64,000 bases of DNA, taken from contig NW_019091356.1 in the NCBI RefSeq assembly GCF_001949145.1, forward strand, positions 3,516,934 to 3,580,933. The letters are read 5' to 3'. Of this stretch, positions 55,901-64,000 are shown one piece after another. Position numbers and translations under genes: made by a program. Origin of the DNA: Acanthaster planci (lineage: Eukaryota). A model generated the notes under the pieces. That model saw only the letters and a list, made by a program, of their open reading frames with translations. It ran no database searches and was not told the origin of the DNA. Within the stretch, counting starts at the first letter, position 1. Each line of letters starts with the position of its first letter.

Positions 55901-58900
55901 AAACATTTACAGGAATGCCTACACTGAAGCAAAAAAAATCTCAACCATAAGCTTTCAGAGTCTCTGAATCTTTGCATGTCCCCAATCTGTCAGAAATACT
56001 CCTCTCAGAACACGGAGCCTTCCTTGTAGGACAAGTAGAGTTCCCAAACAGTCTTAGGATAAACTTTGCACAGTTTCTGTGACGACCCACAAAATCTGTG
56101 GCCTGATACAGCCAACGGCACACACAGTTACTCTGTGTCGTTGAACAGAATCGCAGGACCAAACCCGGCCTCAAACCAGGCTCCTTGATTCTTGAATCTC
56201 CAATGACACTTTCTCTTGCTGGGGGGGGGGGGAGAGAGGGAAGGGGCAGCTTACGATTCTGGCAGCACTTGGGGAGTGTAAGTCATTCCAGACGGTGTCG
56301 TTGTCCACCCCCAGACCGCCGCAGGGCAACCAGGTGAAGTTCAGTTTAGGAATACAGGCTGGAGAAAGAAACATCCCATTCAGACGTTTAACCACTGCTG
56401 ACTCTCAAGGATACCTAATCGTGCTGTGAAAAATGCTGGCACAAGAATGGAAAGCGCCCTCGGACAGGTGGGCGGGAAAGTCTGTCCACCTCTAATTTTG
56501 TGCACACTACCCACCCCATGTGATGTTCTTATAAATGGTTGCACATCTAGAATTTCCAATCTGAAAAGCTCCATTTACTGACCTAATTTCTTGCTGTCTA
56601 GCTTGGGTCTGTTCGGTTGGCTGGTTCCGTAGAATAAAACGTACCCCTCACTGAGAGAGAGAAAAAAGGGAACCAACTTTGTGAATACAGGTACATAAAA
56701 AGAAAGGTGACTTGTGTGGTCGTGATGATGCCTATTTGTAAAAACAGGTAGAGAATGTGTTTATGCATTTTTCGTTAAGAGACTTTTACCAACCTATGGC
56801 AAGACTGTAGCTCTTCTAAGGTAGCTTTTCTGGTCCGGATGCGCTGCAAGGAGAAAAGAAAAGGTGATGAGCTGAAATTCCTTAAAGTTTTGACACCTCT
56901 AATGCCAGCCTTGGTTTTCCGTACACTGGAGGATTTTGCAGGCTTCAGGGCTCCTTGCAAGAGTACCTTGGGGTTGGGGTTAAACTAACTGAGCAACTGA
57001 ATAAATTTCTTGTGACTGACCTCGCATTGGTTGGCGATGCCCGTCTCCTGAAGACGCGCCCAGATGCTCTGTAACCGGCCCGGATGCTCAGGATGTGCGG
57101 CGTTGTTACCACACGTACACTGATGCTTCAGCATCAGTGTATCGTAGGCAAGACCTGCCAGTGGCAAAGAGAGCCGAGAACTCATTTTTATCGATAACTT
57201 AAGTCAGAACAGGGAATCGAGGGTCCAAATCTAATAACATCCTCAGGTAAATAGAGTGAAGTTGCTTCAAAAAATGTGAACACAAAAATTGTAAGAAATA
57301 AATGGACAGTACGGACGATGGGCGGCTCATCTCTGAGTTGAATAAAAAAAAAGCTGACAGAGGGCGGTGGTAACAGGTTGAGGTCTGCATACTAAGTTGG
57401 AAATTCTTCAGAAGCAGCCTTTTAGTGGTAGAGGAAGCTGCTTTCAATGGTTAATCTTTCACATAGGAAACCGAAGATTATTAGTACCAAAGAAGACCCA
57501 AATGTCAAGCAAATTAAAGTACAAAGCACGATAACATTTCAAAAGTGGTTATTTTCAAGAAAGATCCAATTCTCATCGTTCAGAAACAACAAAACAAAAT
57601 CACGACCAAGTGATCAAAACACAAGAGAGCAGTACAGGGCAATCGACACTCATAGTCACGGTGCAGGGCGTCAGACTGAACTGCATTAAAAGAAACCGCA
57701 CCATAGGGCACACATCAAGAAAACCAAGGGGGGGGGGGTGGAGCAAAGAAACGAGGGGAGTGGGGGGAGGGTCCGTACCTGTGGTGAACAAATGTTTGAT
57801 TTGGTGGTGATGGTGGGGGAGGTTGTGGTGATGATGGTGGTGGTGTAGATGGTGGTGGTGATCCGTGCCGGCTCCGAGCATGCCCGGACGGCTGGCCGCG
57901 GCGGGGGAGCTCTGGGCTCGGGAAAGGGGGCGATGCCCGCTACTACTGGGCCGGTTACCCGGTAACGTGTCTGTGGAGGAGGGGGGGGGAATGCACAGGT
58001 GTCATCGGACATCTAATCCTGTCGGTAAATTTCAGTTTCCTTAAGAAAAGGAGAATGGCATTTTGCGTTCTAACGACAATTGTGGTGAATCAAGTGTGGA
58101 AAACGTTTGGACATCCTACCACCCAAACACCAGTCAACCTCTTTTGTTTGCAAATTGGTGCCAAAAATGATCTGAATTATTGGACCAAGCTGTGAAAAGA
58201 AGGCTGGAAGGCTAGGAGGGTAAACTGGCTACAGGGTTGATACACACTCTGGGAGATACTTCGGCTCAGGGAGATCCAAATGAGAGCTTCAACACATACA
58301 ACAGCGACTGGATGTGAGTTTGATGATCACTTATTCATTTGGGGGAGTTTGCTTCTGCCTTCTCGATGTTACAAACTGAACAGAATTTTCCCTAGGAATC
58401 CTAAAATCTGGGGGTTTATCTGTCAGGGAAAATGTTCTCATGAGGGTATTCAAAGGGGAATATGAAAAGGTAAGGAATGTGAAAGGGGGTAGTTACAGCC
58501 CAAAAAAAAACACCAAAACTGACAATGACATTGAATGACTTTCTCAGAGGTTGGGTGTACTGGGATTAACAGCCTTCAACCAAGATATGACCAAGGGTGC
58601 TCTAACATGGTAGATCAAGTGAGTTTTACTCATCTGTAACCTCACGTGAACAGTGCGTACAACTCGAAATACATGTGCGCGACACGTGAAGCCCCAACTG
58701 GCAGGGGCACACCACGTGATCCACAGTTAAAGCGCCCTCAAGGCTTCTACGAACACCATCCAAGGAGAGAGGAGGGAGTCCAGAGACGAGCGTTTGTTAC
58801 AATTCGCACAGAATGAAGGGTTGCAAGCAAGGGGGCGGATCCAGAATAGCCAAAAGGGGAGGCACTCCAAAAAAAGGACAAAATGACACAAGCGGTGTAT

Positions 58901-61900
58901 TCAACTGAAAAAAAAAACCAAAAAACTACCTTCTGCACTTGTTTTTCCTCGCATTGTGTTTTTATTTCATAAAATTTGGGGTGCAACTCCCCATATGTAT
59001 TCTAGGATCCATCAAGGGGTTACCATATAAGACTATGTCCAAATCACCTGGCTATGGCTTGGAGTAACACATGTCTATGGGAAGTGGCTTCCATAGGCAC
59101 GTGCGATAGCAAGCCACAGCCACGACTTTTGGAAGGAGTGTAACTTTCAATCCATGGCCTCTCCCATTCGCCCTTTGTCAGGTGACCCGAGGCCATCAGT
59201 ATACAGTTCAAATAACGCTGGGCAGCATTTTGTCAGGATAGGCTGCCCATAGGTGCACTCCCCTCTGACCTCAGGTCACGCGCTACAACAAGGACAACGG
59301 GGCCAACCAGTGACAGGCAAGACTACACACCACACAAGGCAAGGATCACGCATCACCGGTGTACTTACCTGTTCCAGTCAAGCGGAGGCATCCCAGTGAT
59401 TGTTGACGCATCAGCTCCTCTTGCTCCTGAACAAACAGAATGTCAGTAAACGAAGGCCTTCAGTCTTCATATTTAACCCCTTCATGCAGGGATTCTTTTG
59501 ATCATGACTGCTGGGCTGTGGTATGCCCAGTATGCAAATCTTTGTCCAGCGGCAGGCCCCAGTGAACCAGCAGCTGCCTGGTGAATAGACTGTATGTGTG
59601 GAATGCACTAATCCTCATACAACGGTGTGGCGTTTGCAGTCCAACATCGCAAAGGGGTTAACTCTCACAACTCAATGCTGCACAGTGTGCCCCAAAAATT
59701 ACAACATCAGTTTCAAGCAATGCATTTCTTCTCCAGTGCAGACTTTATAACGTTTGACTTATTGCTAAGATAATTTTTGCGCTCCGGCTAACTTTGGGTA
59801 TGAGCACAACTTTTGAGTGGCTGAGCTGAGTTCCAAGATACCTGGGAATGGCGATGCAGACTCAAGATACATCTAATCTGGTGCCTAAAAGTACCGAGGA
59901 CTGAAAGCGTGAGTTCGATCTACTCGATGCCCAGGTACCCCTCACAAAAAAAGAGACAGGCTGGTTCGGTGACTGTTTCAATCTTGCACACACATCCCTT
60001 ATAGAGGTTTCACGTGGCTGCCATCTTGTGGGCCACTGCTTTTTTTCCCATAGGGTTTGCACAAAGGAGGTTTCCCTGCTGAACAACAGAACTGCCCTAC
60101 AAGGTGGCTTCCATTGCAAAGCCTCTATTCCTTAACTGAGCTCTCTTTCTCGGTGATGGAGAACCCATCCAAAATGCAGACAGTGCGCAGCCCCCGACAA
60201 GGCATCGCTTCGACATTAAAACACCCCGTCTCCCCTTCACGCACCGAGCCTACCGCTCTGTGATTCTGGCATTGACCTCTGACCTGTTGGAGCTGCAAGC
60301 GTTCCTCCTCTTCCTCGTCCTCTTCCTCAATGTCGATGGGCTCCTGCTTGATCTCTGTGATGTTCTTCAGCGGCAGGCTCTGCACCTGCTTGTGCTCTGC
60401 CTCCTCTGCCTCCTTCTCAGCGACTGCATCTTCCTGCTGTAAGAAGATCTTTATGGTGAATGCACATGCATTCATGGACAAGCTGTCAAATTCAATTATT
60501 AAGCAAGCTTTCTGCAAATGCATTTTAATCACTCGATTCTGCAACATAAACAATTAATATTAAAATGTAGGCCCCCAAAAAACAATTCCTTGCATCTTGC
60601 ATGTACAAGTTATCTCCAGTTAGGTCTTACTGAGATAAAGTATGCATTAGACTTCTCAGTTGTGCAAATTTGCATGAACATTAATTAAAAAAAACTTTAT
60701 ATGGAACTGCCAATTGTTCTAAGATCAAGTTGAGCTCCTGGGAGGAGCTGAATGAATGAACATAAATGTTAACGGTTTTATCGTGAATTCCTACTAAGTA
60801 CCATTAAGCAGTGACTATGTAGCATAACAATAGGTCAACAGAGGCTAAGGTGGGAGAAATATTTGAGGAGATAAAATGTGACCTAAAAAATTAGTCCCTA
60901 AAAACCAAGCACTCACGTGTACTTGAGACCTACAGTGCCACTTCCTGAAAACTAAACTAAAAAGCGGGCCAACATGTCAACTTGCCACTGACTACACTTA
61001 CCTGTCGTTGCTGCAGCGCCATCAGCTGCTGCTGCTGTTGGTGCAAGAACTGCTGGTGCTGCTGGTGCTGCTGCATGAGAATCTGCTGCTGGCTGGTGGG
61101 CAAGGGGGCGGACTGGGTCCTGGCCAGGGGCCTGTGGATAGGTCTGGAGGTGTTGAGTAAAAACAGAGGAAAAAACAGAAGGGGAGAGGGTGACGGCCAC
61201 GTGGTACCAGACCCAGATGGGCGGAGCGCGGTTGTAAAAGGGGAGGGGGGAGAGATAGGAAGCGCGACTGCTACAACAAAAAAGAGGCTTATTATGTTTC
61301 TTTTCTGCGAGGACAAGTACCTTTGTGAGAAATTGCTGGGTGTGTCGAAGTTTACCAATGTCTCTACAAGGCCTTAGATTTTTCTTTTTCAAGAAAAAGT
61401 GAAAGACTGCAGAGGTTTGTAACAGCCACAGCAGAGTCATGACATCAGACTTGAATTGAGTCTAACCATGCCAATTGCAAAGGTAATGATAGGCACAAAG
61501 CATTGCTGACGTCAATGTGCGATAGCCTCCGCTTCACCTCGAGATCACCTCAGACGATTAAATTCATGTTATACAACAGTTGGGCGACAAGCGACCATCT
61601 TTATCAAAACCTTGAGGTACGCCAATGGGGTTGTTTTGAAACACGTTCCTTTCTGATCTTCAAAAAGTGATACATCATTCTTGCTTTGTCTGTTCAGCGG
61701 TTCTAACATTTTTATCTTTTCGTTTCCAAATATATTTACCAGAAATTTGAAATTGATGGCTTAGAGATACGTCCAAACATTCCTTCTTTATCAGTGGGGT
61801 TTGGCTTTTAATATGAGCTGGTTGAATAATTCCATCATATTTCCATTTCCAAAACTAAAATGATGGGAAAGCAGGTGTCTTTTTCCCGGGGGATACACAC

Positions 61901-63580
61901 AAAAGAGAGATGGGTACTTATGTAAAGCCAGATTTGTCCTGATTTATGTAACAATTATGCGTAAGCAGGTGTTACACAAGCGGCATAATAATCCCACGCT
62001 AATACTGCTACTCGCACAGTGCAGGTTGCGTCCGAGCCGACTGGCTGAGGCTGGAAATGACAGGTGATCCCATGATAAGCCACTACCATGTGGCTGCTGC
62101 CACTTTCCATTGACACATGTGCAACTGTTAGCCACAGCCAGTTGGCTCGGACACCGTCTTTCAAACCCTACAATGAAGGCTCAGAAACAGCTTACACGAG
62201 TAATACAATAATGACAAATGGACTGATATGGATGATGTGATTGGGGAGCTGCCTCGAGGGAACTGCTCAAACATTGCCAGAAAAGACGCAAAGCGACGAC
62301 GCAAGCTAATCCTAAACAGCATTTCTAACAAATCTTCTAGAATGCCAGAGAGGGAACTCAACAAATTGAGAGCGATATTTCTACGTGGCTTCACAAACGG
62401 TCAATGAACTGCACAAAGTCTGCAGAGCGAAAACAGCAGCAGACCGAAAGCGTGAAACAAAAGACAGATAAAACGCACAATAAAACGGCGTGAAGGTACA
62501 CCGAATTACAACTACAGGAAAAGTGGCAGGGGTACGAAAAAGGTAAGTAACGGGTATGCTTGTGGTAAAGACAGGGGGGTAAAGGGAGTGGNNNNNNNNN
62601 NNNNNNNNNNGGGGGGGGGGGGGACAGGTGCAAGCAAAGGGTAGAAGGGGGAAAAGGGGTCGGGGAATGTTGGGGTCAGGATAGGGCTGGCTGTTTGAGA
62701 CGGAGCCAAGACAAAAGTCAAGGTGGGTTAGGGGTTGGGTAAGGGACGGGTTGCAGGAAGCGGGTGTGGCAAGGGAGGGTGGAGCAGGTCAACTAACCTC
62801 ATTAGTCTCTGTGCGACGGCACCGCCTCCCAACAGGCTCATGGAGTTGGCCTCGTGGAGGGGCATGCCGCCCATCATGGGTGGGGGCACACCGGCGGGCA
62901 TGATGGTTCCTGGGATTCGGGGGAGGGGGAAGGAACGGCGGGAGGTAAGAATCAAACAAGATAACACCCACAACCTCTAAGTAGATAATGAAACTTAACC
63001 ACGTGGTGGTTGGAGACACTCTGGAGTCAAAAAGTAGAAAATCTGGAACGGCACCCCTTACTGATTTGCAACTGAATGAGCACAGAAGTGAAATTGCTGT
63101 ACTTTAGTTAAATCCCTGACTAGTCCATCACAAATTCATCATAATTCATCCAATGGCAAAGTCACAAGCCTATTCAAGTGAAATGCGCCACTGATATTCT
63201 TAAATCATTGTTCATTCCCACCCTCTTGTGACAAGACTTAACATATGACTGGTGATTTGGCTTCTGTTTTGACATAAACCTACTTTCGCAGTACTATGAA
63301 ACTGTAGCATGAACCAGTTAGATATTCAAGAGGAATGTCCATGACTGTGAATGAAAAACAGCATCCTCCGTAAACCTTGATTGCTTCCGATTTCCAGTCA
63401 TGATTACTCTGCAAGAGCTTACAGAGCTGTGGCTAACTCCTTTCTAACCACCATCCACCCCCCCGACAGAAGCCTACCTGGCTGCGCAGCAGGTATGAAG
63501 GCAGGGGCTATGACCGGTCCCCCGGGTAGGGGGTTCTTCATACGCATCGCGTCGTTCATCGGTGGCTTGCTCGCAGTTTG
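52903..63580 (-). CDS. HDAC4: Class IIa histone deacetylase (HDAC4/5/7/9 pro-orthologue), 3' part; 5' exons lie beyond the window
   Basis: Exons 63580-63478, 62909-62798, 61143-61002 ([10 protein letters not shown]), 60436-60284 (IKQEP), 59426-59369, 57970-57779 ([10 protein letters not shown]), 57154-57021 ([12 protein letters not shown]), 56843-56794, 56650-56583, 56358-56255 ([12 protein letters not shown]), 55882-55685 ([14 protein letters not shown]), 55291-55172 (DVHHGN), 55052-54955, 54605-54487 (SAGFDA), 54179-53961 (ALEGGY), 53356-53215 ([14 protein letters not shown]) and 52942-52903 ([12 protein letters not shown]). Confidence 0.96.
53067..53192. repeat. Minisatellite, 9 x 14 bp (GTRCYCCACTGATA), in the last HDAC coding intron
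   Basis: Units read directly at 53067, 53081, 53095, 53109, 53123, 53137, 53151, 53165 and 53179. Confidence 0.95.
59473..59661. mobile_element. TTAA-flanked piggyBac-like MITE in an HDAC intron
   Basis: TTAA|CCCCTT ... AAGGGG|TTAA termini, about 180 bp apart. Confidence 0.55.
62592..62610. other. Assembly gap (19 N) next to a poly-G tract
   Basis: A run of N followed by G13, within a G-rich HDAC intron. Confidence 0.98.
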
Positions 63581-64000
63581 CTGCAACGAGAAGGGGAGGG
63601 GAGAGAAAAACGCACTTAAGACTAAGGGGGGACTTTCCCACACAGTCAGGATTCCTGATTGGTCCAGGGGATTACTGCAGGTCCTGGGCACTTTCAGGGC
63701 GAGGTGAATTTACCGACAAGAGCAAATCCCTAGGCTTCAGAAACCGACTGGTTTTGCTTGGCACCTTGGACAAAAACTGAGGCTGGGCACCTTCATTTGG
63801 TTGTGGAATGCCAATCGTGCATTTAATTCTCAGCTTTGATCCAGATAATGACACTCACTGAATATTTCAAATGGGACAAATCTTGGATCCGAAGACTTCC
63901 ATAATGTAAGGTTACTGGACTTAAACCTCATCAATACTGCTGAAAACTCAGGCTTCTTGGAGTCGGGGTAACAGACTACAATGACCTTCAAACTCAAATG

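Noticed and set aside
61144..61275. Possible extra HDAC exon ([11 protein letters not shown]...)
   Set aside because: Its donor phase does not fit the 61143 acceptor, and exons 62798 and 61143 already splice in frame.
63672..63854. Candidate further upstream HDAC exon ending at a donor near 63713
   Set aside because: The phase is compatible, but the peptide lacks class IIa motifs and there is no clear acceptor.

Overview
Gene-dense genomic DNA from an invertebrate animal, probably a deuterostome (echinoderm-like; the species cannot be determined from the sequence). Manual splicing of GT-AG exons gives eight multi-exon protein-coding genes: an RGD-class integrin alpha (minus, 5' part only), ANKZF1/Vms1 (+), IDI1 (-), a SEC22A/C-like longin protein (-), an unusual PARP-domain protein with an intact H-Y-E triad and a C-terminal UBA-like domain (+), METTL2 (-), RBM45 (+) and a class IIa HDAC (-, 3' part only). 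Introns hold several short terminal-inverted-repeat elements, many flanked by TTAA. The most notable unexplained signals are four. (1) RBM45 has a strongly GAC-enriched, strand-biased terminal exon behind a 3'-UTR intron with internal poly(A) signals, which suggests TDP-43-style autoregulation. (2) The PARP-UBA protein has an architecture I do not recognise. (3) An IDI1 intron carries a same-orientation array of about 10 CTCF-like motifs. (4) IDI1 has two in-frame alternative first exons plus a PTS1-like C-terminus. All exon structures and motif counts were done by hand and have no transcript support.
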